From assembly GCF_006345805.1 (NCBI RefSeq), contig NW_021834618.1:1-46887 (forward strand): DNA of 46,887 bases, read 5' to 3'. Source of the stretch: Octopus sinensis (taxonomy: Eukaryota). Below the pieces are notes generated by a model. It searched no databases and was not told where the DNA came from. It worked only from the letters and a program-made list of their open reading frames with translations. Made by a program: the position numbers and the translations under genes. Below, one piece after another: positions 1-12,400 of this stretch (its first letter is position 1; each line of letters opens with the position of its first letter).

Positions 1-44
<44 letters not shown>

Positions 45-342
45 ATATATATATAATATATATATATATATTATGTAATAATATGAAGTGTGTGTGTGCG
101 CGCAGGGCGTATATGTAATTTCTAAACATCGTGGTTTGGAGTGAATAACTTTTCTCTTGTCATATTGCAAAATCTTTAGAATGGAAGTGAATTAATTCAC
201 ATCGAATATTTACAAGACTTTTCAAATTATACTCAATAGCATTTTAGCTGCAGCGCGCTACCAGTATCAGTTAACTCTTGTCGACTGAAATGCTCATATG
301 CTAAGCAAAATTCTTTCATGGAATGTGACTAAATGAAGTTAA

Positions 343-765
343 TGTTTTAACATAGTCCCTCTTACTGTCCACACTTCCATCAGTACGTGCAGTGCTTGGA
401 TCGCACTGGTGAAGACGCTATTATGTTTGCTCAAAATAGTCACCAACAGCAGATAAAACGTCATCATCTATTCGATAATGGTGCCCAGCCGAGTGTTTTT
501 CATGTTGGGAAACAGATGGTAATCAGTTGGAACCAAATCACTAACATAGGTGACCAACCAGTTCAAATCCAGTCAAGCAATGCTGACATTGAAACCAAAG
601 ATTTGGGTGCTGAAGCATTGTCTTAATGAAACAAGATCCCATTTATCAGTTTATCTTGGGCGCTTGGTCTTGATAGACTTTTGTAACTACCTTAGCAAGT
701 TTACGACTGATTCCGTGATCATTTTGAACATAGTCAATAAACACAATATTTTTTGCATTAACGTA
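343..765 (-). mobile_element. Mariner transposase C-terminal remnant
   Basis: Across frameshifts the minus strand reads IVFIDY...DNASAPKSLVSMSALLD..FELVGH..DLVPTDYHLFPNMK..DDDVLSAVGDYFEQ..DYVK, matching the mariner HPPYSPDLAPSDYHLF region. Confidence 0.8.
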
Positions 766-1384
766 TAGTATATGTAATAATATGAAGTGTATTTTGTATA
801 TTAAAATGTTTTGTATATTAAAATGTTTACCTTCGGAAATATATGAAGCGAATCAAACATAAGGTAGCGAAGAAGTCCTTGACTTAATTTAAGATAACCT
901 CGCATGTGTCCTTCCTCATAACTTAAAGACGGACTAATAATAATTCTAACTGCAATAGGTTATCTTGAATTGTGGATCAAACAGTCTGTGTTTTATTCTT
1001 CTGTTGTAGTATTCAGCATATAAGCAACATGGGAGAATTCCCACAGTTACGTAAATATATGGACATAAGCAGCCACGGTTCTCTGCACTCCCACATGAGA
1101 TACCGTCCATTGTTGAAGAGCTGCGTAATCAGTTATTGCATAATCTTTCATGATTACAAATAAGTGAAAACCTCCAACAATCAAAGACCACGAACCTTTC
1201 TGGTGCCCAGTGTAATACAAATTACCGGCGATGAAAGATCTCCATTTTCGTAGCTTCAAGTATATGGAAGAAGCAGAATAAACGAGAGCAGTTCTGGTCC
1301 TCTTGGGTAATAATCGAAAAAACAAACGGCCGAAATGGGGTTCCTACAAAGAGTGTTTGGAGAGCGTTATTGTATTGTGTGCGT

Positions 1385-1702
1385 ATCCTGGACATCAGAG
1401 AGGTATTCTAGGTAGGGCATCTACTTCCCGATCATATTCCCGATACTACGGAAGTGTGGTAAGAATACATTAGGAATGAAACAGTGGTCAGATTTTGCGG
1501 GCAAAACAACTGACAGGAAACCAGGGGTACATCATGAGCAAGTTGTCTGGATAACATCAATGAGCTCGGTTAGTCTCTTTTCGGGTTCCAGCTGAATCAA
1601 ATGGAGATGGTTAATTGTGACGGGACCCGGTGGAAGACAGGATCGAGCGTTCTTCCTCTATAATCCTTCCAGGAATTAAGCGGGTGAAGAAGATGAGTGG
1701 AG
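1385..1702 (+). mobile_element. Probable 3' fragment of an RTE/L2-like LINE
   Basis: Degenerate translation VGHLL...RG..ASCLDNINELG..TRWK resembles the LINE RT C-terminus (GH..R / GRPR..WLDNI). It ends in gaagaagatga. Confidence 0.4.
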
Positions 1703-1754
1703 ATTTACATACACAAATAATCCACACACATAAACACGTATACCTGTATATATT

Positions 1755-2178
1755 GGTTTCAAATGTTAGCACAAGACCAGTGATTCCGGTGGAGGGAGAA
1801 AAACGATTACATCGACCTCAGTGTTCAACTGGTACTTATTTTATTGACCCTGAAAGAATGAAAGACAAAGTCGACCCCGGCGGCGTTTGAACTCAAAAAC
1901 TAAGGACGAAAGAAATGTCCGGCATGCTAACCACCCTGCTAGCTCGTTGTCTGTAGATTTGTATATATTGATTTCAATTTTGGCACAAGGCCAGTAATAT
2001 CGGGTGAGAGAAAAGTCCATTACATTGATCCCAGTGCTCAACTGGTACTTATTTTATCGATCCGGAACGGTAGAAAGGCAAAATCGACCTTGACGGAATT
2101 TGAACTCAGAACGTGAAGACGGACGAAATGCCCCTAAGCATCTAGTCCGATGGGCTAACGTTTCTGCCGCTCGCCACC
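1755..2178 (-). mobile_element. Two tandem tRNA-derived SINE copies (family A)
   Basis: Minus strand has a tRNA-like head (ggcgagcggcagaaacgttagc...gagttcaaattcc, A/B-box like) followed by a GCCTTTC..CC..GATCGATAAAATAAGTACCAG body. Same family as 12040-12810. Confidence 0.8.
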
Positions 2179-2489
2179 TTTGTATATGTATTTGTTGATA
2201 GACAGAAAGGTATGCATACACACGCGCGCGCACAGACGCTGACACACACACACACACACACACGGACGCCCGCCGTCTGCACGTACGCACACACACACAC
2301 ATTAATGTAAATGAATAGATTATATAAATAATTTTTTTTTGTGTGCATGAGTGTGTATGCTATAGTGCATAAACGCCCTGGGGCAAGCTGCATGGCGCAA
2401 GTACATTCGCTCATATAAGCATCCGCACAAATGTCAGCATACGCACACCTGAGGTTTGGTGCACTCATAATCATTAAACGAGGTATCTC

Positions 2490-3250
2490 TCTACTTTATT
2501 TGTAAGATTGGGGAGGTTAAAAGTAAACTTAAGTTATCCATATCTTAAAGTAAATTAAATCGTTCCTATTGCATTGTGCGAAAGTGCATTTATATGCGTG
2601 TAGGCACCTCGAAATTCGTTTAGAAATTCTGTTAATGATCTTCTCGTAGTCCACGGAATAGACAGGGATTCCTCGGAGCAGAGACGGCATCCCCTGGAAA
2701 TTATATTGTATAGTCTCGCATACCTTTCTATGGAACAATTTACTCTGTACTTCATTTTATCCATATTTTAATTGCCATACAAAATCTGCCAAAGATGCTG
2801 AATGTCTCTTATTGATTGTTTTAAAGCTGACTACATGGTTACAGTAACGATTCTTAAATGACTCATCCGTCTGCCCAATGTAAGTATATGGCCCTCCCCT
2901 TGTGTGCAGCCTACATTTATATACAAGATTTGTACTCGTACAGAGATTCATCAAAGGACATTTTGATTTTTCTCTGCATGAGCATTTATCGTATTTATTT
3001 GTATATAAGGCAGACCCGACTCCATTTACCGACGTTGTTACCGTGTTAAATCTATCATATGTATTTCTACTACTACAAATTGATCGTAATTGGCGTTTAT
3101 CATTGCGGTTTATATCTCTTTGGTTGGTATTTAGATGCAAATATTCGCTAGATCCGGCACGTGGGTTATTGAAACTTTGCTGCATTTTACTATTGCTTAT
3201 TCGATGCATAAGCTGTTACAAATTAGCAGAGTTGGCATAAAGAGTAAAGA
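2490..3250 (-). mobile_element. PLE 3' fragment encoding a GIY-YIG endonuclease
   Basis: ORF 2757..3209: CSCREKSKCPL..C..NLVYKC..YTYIGQTDESFKNRYCNHVVSFK..SLADFVWQLK. The degenerate C.LC..E..and SRCLH motifs follow in 2529-2764. Confidence 0.9.
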
Positions 3251-3454
3251 TAGTATTATGAGAGAAACCACAAAACATGTCAAATAAAGCTATCCGAGTT
3301 TTCTTAATCGAAATAATTTATTTCATCATGTTTCACTTGTCGGTTGACAATTGACAAACAGCTTGAAAAATGAGGAAATAAATTATTTCGACGAGGAAAC
3401 CCTGGTTAGCCGAATTTAACAAGATGTGTGGTTTTTTATGATAGCATACATAAC

Positions 3455-3459
3455 CCCAT

Positions 3460-3511
<52 letters not shown>

Positions 3512-3555
3512 ACACACACAAACGCACGCATAAACACACGCGCGCCCGCACACAC

Positions 3556-3609
<54 letters not shown>

Positions 3610-3638
3610 TCATTCTTTATTTGTTTCTGTCATTTGAC

Positions 3639-3688
<50 letters not shown>

Positions 3689-3735
3689 TATAATAATAAT
3701 AATAATAATAATATTAATAATAATTATAATAATAA
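3455..3735. repeat. Compound microsatellite (CA)n-(TA)n-(TAA)n
   Basis: Directly visible. Confidence 0.97.
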
Positions 3736-3766
3736 TTCTCGGATGGAATTTATAAATATTTAATAC

Positions 3767-3897
3767 ATCGCTAGACGCGTTTCCACAAATCAGATTACTT
3801 TAAAATCAGCGTCCATATCTCTGGGAATAAGTGCAGTATAGTCCATAGCATCCTTGTGCATCCGGTTGATCATCATTGATTCATTTCTTCAGGCGAT
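3767..3897 (-). ncRNA. Type I hammerhead ribozyme with long stem II (stem I shifted by 2 nt)
   Basis: Minus strand: atcgc-CTGAAGA-a atgaatca...tgatttgt g-GAAAC-gc-GTC-ta-gcgat. Stem III acgcgt is palindromic. Stem I atcgc/gcgat pairs only with a 'ta' bulge. Confidence 0.55.
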
Positions 3898-4496
3898 AAT
3901 GCATTAGTTAATGAATCACAGAGGACTGTTTATCTCTACTTGAGAGTATGAAGGCCAATCTAGCTATATAGCTAGCAACTACACATTAATCTGCATGCAA
4001 TTATGCATCCTAGTCGCTGCAATTTCATCAGGGGTCCATCACTTACGACGTTTTCAAAGTGAACTAATTCGAACAAGCTTCCTGCGTTGGTACTCAGATG
4101 AAGGTTATAGCGTTACTTTTAAAATCGAATTGAATTCTGGTCTTATATTCACCTCTACTGGTATTACAGATGGAACGTGGTTTTAAAATGTTTACTTGTA
4201 TTACACTTAATTGAAGGAGTTTGTTTACATTTTACTGTATGGAGTACGTTATCTATTCAGAGGTATTTCACTTATTTGGGGTTTATACCCTCAATTAATA
4301 TCATTGCTATTATTATTATTATTATTATGATGTTTTTTCCTTCTTTCTTCAAATTTTCTTTCGTTTCTCACCGAGTGTTTTCCATACACCTAGGGCAGAG
4401 AAAGGCATTGTATGCATTTCCAGAATACACGCGCAAATTCACAGATAAAATATGTATTTAAAAATTAATAAATAAATAAATTCATGGATGGATGTT

Positions 4497-4625
4497 ATTT
4501 TCACAACGACAGTGCTCTTCTCAGTGCATGAGCCGTTCCAGTTAATAAGATTTTTTGCACTTCCTGTAGGGATGGTAAGCCTGGAATAATTTTCAAATAG
4601 GTTTCAGTGCATTTGTCAGTAGTCT
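4497..4625 (-). mobile_element. 3' end of an R4/Dong-like (RLE) non-LTR retrotransposon
   Basis: Minus strand reads DKCTETYLKIIPGLPSLQEVQKILLTGTAHALRRALSL*, the characteristic 'QK..L.GTAH.LR..L' C-terminus. Confidence 0.65.
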
Positions 4626-5565
4626 TTTCAGCGATTTGGATTACTTTTCACATTTGATGAATTTATGTTTTAAGAATGTAGTACATTTTTGGATCCCTAG
4701 TGAATATTGACAGATTTTGTACAATGGCGTTATATGCCTCATTGTTTCTAGCATTGAGAGTTGTTATAAGCGGTAGTATTTTGAGATGCGGTGTCGTGTT
4801 TCATTTTTTTCCCCTTAGTATTCTAATGCCTTTTTGTTCTGGCACGCTTAATTCTATCATCTATAAGTGAGTGTTGTTCTAAGGTCTTGAAAACGAAATC
4901 CCGTGTATTTCCATCAAACATCATTGCAAAAAGTCTTTGCGTTAAATGAACGGGAATATTTCTTTTGATGTGTTTCGCGAGGCATGAGCTAAACAGAAGA
5001 TATTTTCTTCGACTCCGTTGGCTTATGATAAATGTCGGTTACAATTTCGTTGTTGACTTTTTATCAGAATATCTAAGAAGCGGGGTGGGGGATGTTCTTT
5101 GCTATATTCCATTGTAAACTAAATATTAGGGTTTATACTATTTAGTATTGATTTTAATTCCAAAATTTTATCAAAGGTCTCATTCTAAATGATAAAGCGG
5201 TCTTCCACATATCTTTTCACATATCTTATCTCTCTTATATAAAGGTGAAATGGATATCCATATTTTTGCAGTGACACTTCATATATGGTGAATTCAAAAT
5301 ATCCCATTGTTAGGTTCCCATCGCAATTCCACATTTTTGTCGATAGTAGATGTCATAAAATATGAAATAATTGTTCTGAAGTATAAAATTGTAAGTTTCA
5401 ATAATAAAACTTGGTTTACACGTTCCACATAAGGACCTGGAAATTGAAATACAAAAGATGTGACCTATTAAAGTGAAAACTATTCCTGCTATTGTCAGTG
5501 CCCTAGGTATGATAAAAAAAGGGATGTCAGAAACATCTAGATAATATCCCAAGAAAACCATGTCT
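4615..5565 (-). mobile_element. Decayed PLE reverse transcriptase and thumb region
   Basis: NYFIFYDIYYRQKCGIAMGT (ORF 5310..5561), then RYVEDRFI, FTME, FLDILI, TDIYHKPT, NIP and KSLKRLLTNA across stops and frameshifts. Confidence 0.85.
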
Positions 5566-6064
5566 AACAGAAGTAAAAAAAAATGTGCTGACTATTTCCG
5601 CCATATCCTTAGAGAAACCTTATCAATTTAGATGTCTGTGTTGTATCATAAAAACATCAAAATATTTATAAATTTCATCCCTGGATTATTATTTTTTAAT
5701 TCCTATATATGTCTACACATACAAGCGCACGCGCAGACACATACACATATATATATCTATACAACTACCAATGTGCACTCACAAGGCTTTCACCAATCTG
5801 TCCCTTGCACAAAATGCAGCATAGTGCTACTGACGATGGAACCATGCGAACCATGTGATTAGGAAAAATTCGTATCTAATACACACGTTTGCATTTCGTG
5901 GTATTCCTTTAACATTCTCCCTTCCAATAGGATATGATATTAAATTTTGTGTATGAGTGTTTATATATAAGTCGTGTGCGTGTGTGTGTGTGTCTGTGTG
6001 TGTCTGTGTGTGTGAGTGTGTGTGTGTATGCGTGTATTTGTATTGTGTGTGTGTGTGCAAGAGA

Positions 6065-6181
6065 GAAAGAGATAGACTGGTAGATAAATACATAGATAGA
6101 TAAACAGACAGACAAACAGATATATAGATAGATAAATAGATAGATAGATAGACAGATAGATAGATAGGTAGATAGACAGAC

Positions 6182-6270
<89 letters not shown>
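6065..6270. repeat. (GATA)n/(GACA)n microsatellite
   Basis: Directly visible. Confidence 0.97.
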
Positions 6271-6400
6271 TGAGTGCGACCGATCCGGAAGTGAGCGAAC
6301 GCATGTTTAGTACTTACCGGATATTTCTGACGTATATATTTACGCCACGTCACTATCAGTGTGGTACCATAGACTGTAAAATATCTCTAAAGGAAAGGAA
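6271..6400 (+). promoter_or_regulatory. Candidate promoter of the galectin-like gene
   Basis: Local CpG enrichment in AT-rich DNA. ETS motif CCGGAAGT (6285-6292), CRE-like TGACGT (6328-6333) and GCCACGTCA (6344-6352; TGACGTGGC on minus), all within 120 bp of an ATG in strong context (gaaATGG). Confidence 0.45.
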
Positions 6401-6517
6401 ATGGAAATCAGCCGATATACTTGTCTATTTTCTCTCCTTCTCCCACTAGTATACAGCATAACCAATAATTCACCTGCAAAAGTGTCTTCCTTTGACCGCG
6501 AAAATTTTTTCTCGCAT
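6401..6517 (+). CDS. Galectin-like exon 1, predicted signal peptide ([39 protein letters not shown])
   Basis: Kozak-like ATG, basic n-region, hydrophobic h-region, donor CAT|GTAAGT in phase 0. Caveat: the h-region is encoded by a pyrimidine tract followed by AGs at 6448-49 and 6455-56, so it could instead be a splice acceptor. Confidence 0.55.
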
Positions 6518-7429
6518 GTAAGTTTTGATATATCAACACTGGATGTAAATAGACTGAATTCTTTTCATTTTAATTCTTATAAATTCTTTTATATATTTCT
6601 AGCTCTGGTTCGGTTTCAGTTATATATATCATATAATATCATAGTAACTGATATGCATAAGATCATTGTGTTTCGGGGTATTCCTTCCCTGTCCTCATTA
6701 CCAATTCATGTCTATATATATATATATATGTACAAAAACGTGCAAACCTATATGCATACACACACGCACAAATATGTATAGAGGCAATTGACAATTATTC
6801 AGACAGACAAATGAGATATATCAAATATTATAGCAGTTCGGATATGAAATACAAAATATGTATATATGTATGCATGCAAAACGAGAGTAACAAAAAAAGT
6901 GGAGAAATTCAGTCAATGAATATTTAACTATAAATACGCAGATATTTAGATTTATAGATCTAACTTACATACAGTAAAAATGACAGACAAAAATTAAAGT
7001 GTCAGGAATAAAGGTTTTATAAATCCAGCAACTATTGGGCGAATAATACCTTTCTTCCAACACTTTAATTTCCTCTGTCGTTTGTTCTCTGTGTAAGTTG
7101 TATCTATTAATATTAATATCTGTATATTTATACTTAAATATTCATAATCTGAAAGTTTCCACTTCGCTTCCTCTCGTTTTGCATGCATACGTATATATAT
7201 ATTTTGTAGGTCATATCAAAATCGTTATATTTAATACTTCTAATTTGTTTATCCACATAACTGCCTCTAAATCTGGTCAACTTTATCACACGTTTAGTCA
7301 TTGCTTACCCCGCGGAGTTGGTTTCCTTTAAATACATCAGAGTGTATGTTTGAATCATTTGAGCTCAACTAAATGTTCTCCAGAGTGAGAATCTCTGGGT
7401 CTCATCTATGGATCACACACACACATACA

Positions 7430-7485
<56 letters not shown>

Positions 7486-9375
7486 CATACTTACATACTT
7501 TCATACATACAGGTACACACACACGCACACAATCACACACACACACACACAATCACACATACACAATCACACTATATATATATATATGTATACACACACA
7601 CACACACACACTCGAGGGGTGGTCATTAAAGATTTCCCTTGACTCACGGTTATTGGCGGATACGGAACTGAAACAGGTCTCGACAAGTAAACATACTTGT
7701 CTCTAGATGTCACATTGTAAATTTCAGCTGTCCACTGGTATTCATTCGACTTTTATGGTTGCTGAAGTGGGCTGGGGTATTATAATGGAGGAAGTTGAAT
7801 GCACAACCGCGATCAGGTTCTTATACTAGAAAGGTCGTACACCAAAATAGATTTTCGATGAAATGAAAGAAGCTTATGGTGATGATGCACCATTCACATG
7901 ACGTAGTCAATCACTGGCATCACTGGATCTCACTCATAAGGTATTGAAATGTTACATTGTGTATAAATTCTATATTTGGATGGAGCCATTTAAAATTCTG
8001 TTGGATTTTACTCATAGGGTGTTGGAAATTTGCATATATACCATTTTGCCTAAAAAATGGATCTATAACTTCAATATTCCTACTTATCTAATATCTATTT
8101 TCTCTTCTCCACCCCACTCCCTATTTTGTATCCTCTCACACCGTCTCCGATGACGGGATATAATTAATAAATATCCTGCAAACAGCTGTAAGACCTTCTA
8201 TCTATAAATGTTCTAATATCTACACAGCCTTGGTTTTTATCTCATTATGCAAAAGATTCTAATATATATATATATGTGTGTGTGTATGTCTGTGTGTGTG
8301 AGTGTGTATGTATGTATGTGTGTCTGTGTGTGTATGTCTGTGTGTGTGTGTGTGTGTGTGAACATGTATGCTACGGCACAGGCATTGATGGTATTTCTAT
8401 TTTATATAGTATGACGGTACCTGTGGCAGCTTGGAACTGAAATCTCCTGAATAAACGTATTTTTTCAAGTTTTGTGATTTCCAACACCTCACTTTGGAAC
8501 TTAGGCAGTTAGCCATGGAGATAAATTTTGCAATGGTTATTGGTAGGAATTCAAATTTATAACCCAGATCGAGCTCCTGAAAATTCCTATTCTATATGGC
8601 ACAGATGTTCTCTTTCTGACTAAGCTAAAATAAAATACGTCGAAAGCTTTTGGGCAAGCCATTTCAACTGCACAACAGTCTCTTCCCCCCCGTCTCTCTC
8701 ATTCTCTCTCTAGATAGATAGATAGAAATATGTCTGTCCTACTTTGTATGTATTCGAGTACATGTTCTTACTATCACTAATTGCCGGTTTAAGTGATCAT
8801 TTCCCTTATATACAATGTTGCATATGAACTGTTCTAAACAATGTGATTAATTTCTCATTGTATTTCTCCAGTAAAATGATATTACTGAAGAGAATATATG
8901 CGTATTTATGGATTCTCGATTGTTACATCATCCACAGCGAGCTAACAGCGTTAGTCGACTGTTTGTAAAAGAGAAACTATATGATTTAATTCATATTCGT
9001 ATGTAAATTTGTACATTATGCACTCTTATACAGCCTTTGCTATGATACACCTGAAAATAAAGACATTTTCTTTCTCAACAGTCGATTAAGAAATTTCTCG
9101 TGTCATCAGAGCCGAGACCAGAACCAATTGTGCATAACATCTCGGACGTAAGTCGTTTTGGGATTTCTATCATTTATTTTAATTAACCATTAATCTAACA
9201 TTTATTATAATTATTTACAATTTGGCTGACAGGTTTCTTTAGCCAGAGTGGTTTGGATGTATTTTTTAAATAAAATTACTAACGCTTATTTATTTTCACT
9301 TTTCTCAGTATTTCAGGTCCAACCTAAATTCATTTTGTTCGGTATTTTACATGCTTACACACACATAATCACAGA

Positions 9376-9444
<69 letters not shown>

Positions 9445-12400
9445 CTCAAGCACACACACACAAACAAACAAATAATTATTTGGACCTTGGGTATATAGTA
9501 TTCTGATTAAAGCACTTTCACAGTTTAGAGTATCTGATGTCATCCACACTTATGATATAAGTGTCAGTGGATCTTTGTCGAGAATTCTGCCGTTTTTGTT
9601 GAGTCTATAATGAATGAGGGGAACGGAAAATGGAGTTTTCAAAAATCATTATTGAAAACAACTATTGTTTCGACCCATCCTGCATCCCTTGCGGATAGGA
9701 CATTGTACATCTAGTTGCGTTGCATCATTAAGTGCAGAGTGCATCTCGTTGGCTGTCTCGTTTTAAATAAGATACTTCGCTAAATATACTTGGTTTCGCT
9801 TGGCATGTTGTAGTCGCCAGTAAGTAGTTGACTATACTGATAGAGGATAGAAACACTTTCCGGGTGATAACCGGTAAATGGCTCTGGCTATATTTCACAG
9901 TGAATACATGACAAAGTAAAGTAATAAAAACCCGGAAACAAAATTAGAAAGGATATGAGTTAAAAGATAAAATGAAGAAAGGTAAGTTTACATATATCTT
10001 GACATGAACACATGAGTACTCCTCGGTCTAAGCTCAGCATGAGAATAGTTGAAATTTGTCCTCATCATTCAATAAAAGCAGATACATTCTGTGTGGAACC
10101 TACAGATGCTGTGGAATATGCAGGCAATAGAGGCCTTCCGTATAGTATTGTCATTGTAGAGATATCAAATAATCGCCCTTTTAACAACGTTCTAAACATA
10201 GTAGTTCAATGTAGAGAGATCAGGAGCATCTGGACATACCATCTGTCATTTCCTCTGTTACACTTTTGGCTTTAGTCAACGTTTATCTAATCAGAGAAGA
10301 ATAAAAGCATAGCATATTCTTGGTTTTTTTAAAACCTTGTTAAGTATGCCTTGGCACAAATCAAACGGTTAATTTGTGCCTTTGCAAATATGAATTGGCC
10401 GCAACTCAGCACAACGAATGTTCTGATAATCCATTCTAACATCTGAAGTTCTTAAGCAGTGGTCCACTTCGATGTTCCCAGTTCGTGAAAAATGCTTTCA
10501 ATCCGTTGGATGAATTGTGGTTTTATATGGTGACCGAAAATTTAGAAGTCTTAGAAGTATTTCTGTTTCCTACAGTTGAAACATTCCCGCCCGATGCTTT
10601 TAATTTTATTGGGACATTGTGTAGAAAAGATCTTGCTACGTTTAGGAAGTTTCCTATTTCTAAATAACTGTGTTCTATAAATGTGGTCACATGACTGCAT
10701 GTCTTTTCACTTTCTGCGTTCTCATTTCATTAACCATGGCAGATTTGAAAGGAAAGGTAAATATTCTATCTTTTAGAGAGATATGACTACATTCAAATTC
10801 CCAGTTCGATTATATTGAGATCACTGGAGCTCACTAAAAACGAACATTTATGCAGAATTTTGGAGCAACAGGAGAGGAGATGCTTCCCTGTCCCATCGTC
10901 GCTTGAAAGAGCTAGATATGTGTTTACTTAAAGAATGACTCAAAATTCCCCTTAAAACATTTCAGAACCTGTTCGGGTCAATTCCTCGACGTATTGTTCA
11001 AGCCCATGTATGTAACTGAACATGTACGCACTGATACAGGAATAGATGGCTGATAAAGGAATGGATGGCATTGCAAATATGAATTATATTTTACATAATT
11101 TGTCACCATTAACGACCAGGAGCCGAAATTTAAATGCAGGTGACATTTTTGGTTTTGTGACTTCCAACTTCTCAGGTGTATTACCGTTACACTTTGGCAC
11201 ACAGTTAATATCTTCAGTAGTTATTAGTACAAATTAAAAAATTTTGCACTTGCAGATTTTTCAAAACCTTTAATATTATGTTGATATCTGCAGGGCAAAT
11301 GATTTCAACTGTATATATAAAGTTCTAAATAACGTGCATAGTTTCTGAAAGTATACCTCCTGTCAAATATTATTACTGAAATGAACGAACTTGTGCTTCA
11401 ATCTTAGAGAGTACTTTCGACTTATATCCAGTAGCAGCATGCTACCAGTGTCAGTAAGGTATTTCTGAAAGAGTAACTATATAATTTAACTCATGAACTT
11501 TTGCGTTTAATTGTCTACAAAAGTTAATTTCTTTCTCAACATATTCTCACGAATTTGAAGCCTGTTCTACCGTCAACAGAATTTCCTTTGGCTAACCGTC
11601 CGGAAGTAAGTTTTTTTTAATATCTTTCCTTTCATTTTGTATGTCACTTTTTATAAATCATCGCAATTTTTCGAAGTTATAAATTTTATAGAAATAAATT
11701 TCGTATCAAGTGATATTCTCTTTCATATTAACATGCTATTACTAACCATTTCATGTGATGGATATGTTATTGAAAAATAAGTATAGTCTATTACAGCTAA
11801 GAAAACACATCACTCTCTTCACTAACATGTTTCTTTCCTTATATTTGGATGTCTTTATTTTTTAAATAAAACTACATATGCTTATTATTTATTTTCCCCT
11901 TTGCCATCACTTGAGGTAATAATTAAATTGATATATTGTTCACTAATTTACAGGATTTGTCACGTTTATCATCCTATCATCATAAATTATATCGACGACA
12001 AAATATTCTTTTCTATTAGGCTCAAGGCCCAAAATTTTGGGGAGGGGGCCAGTCGATTAGATCGACCCCAGTACGCAACAGGTACTTAACTTATCGACCC
12101 TGATAGGATGAAAGGAAAAGTCAAACCACGGTGGAATTTGAACTCAGAACATAGACAGACGAAATACCTATTTCTTTACAGTCCACAAGGGGCTACACAC
12201 AGAAGGGACAAACAAGGACAGACAATCGGATTAAGTCTATTATATCGACCCCAGTGCGTAATTGGTACTTATTTAATCGACCCCGAATGGATGAAACGCA
12301 AAGTTGACCTCGGCGGAATTTAACTCAGAACGTACGGCAGACGAAATACCTATTTCTTTGCTACCCACAAGGGGCTAAACGCAGGGAGAACAAACAAGGA

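Larger units (their letters stand above)
1..4147. repeat. Segmental duplication, copy 1 (copy 2 at ~43450-46887)
   Basis: 71 'ttatgtaataatatgaagtg...' matches 43522 onward. Paired ORFs (550/44001, 1630/45057, 2757/46182) give offsets of 43451-43425. Identity is high by eye (mid-to-high 90s %). Confidence 0.97.

Noticed and set aside
4015-4060. GAAAAC...GTA...CTGATGA on minus as a permuted (type II) hammerhead
   Set aside because: Extra A in the core and no stem I pairing.
11046-11237. 63-aa ORF (..[15 protein letters not shown]..) with faint lectin-like words
   Set aside because: Motif spacing does not fit a galectin CRD and no compatible splice sites were found.
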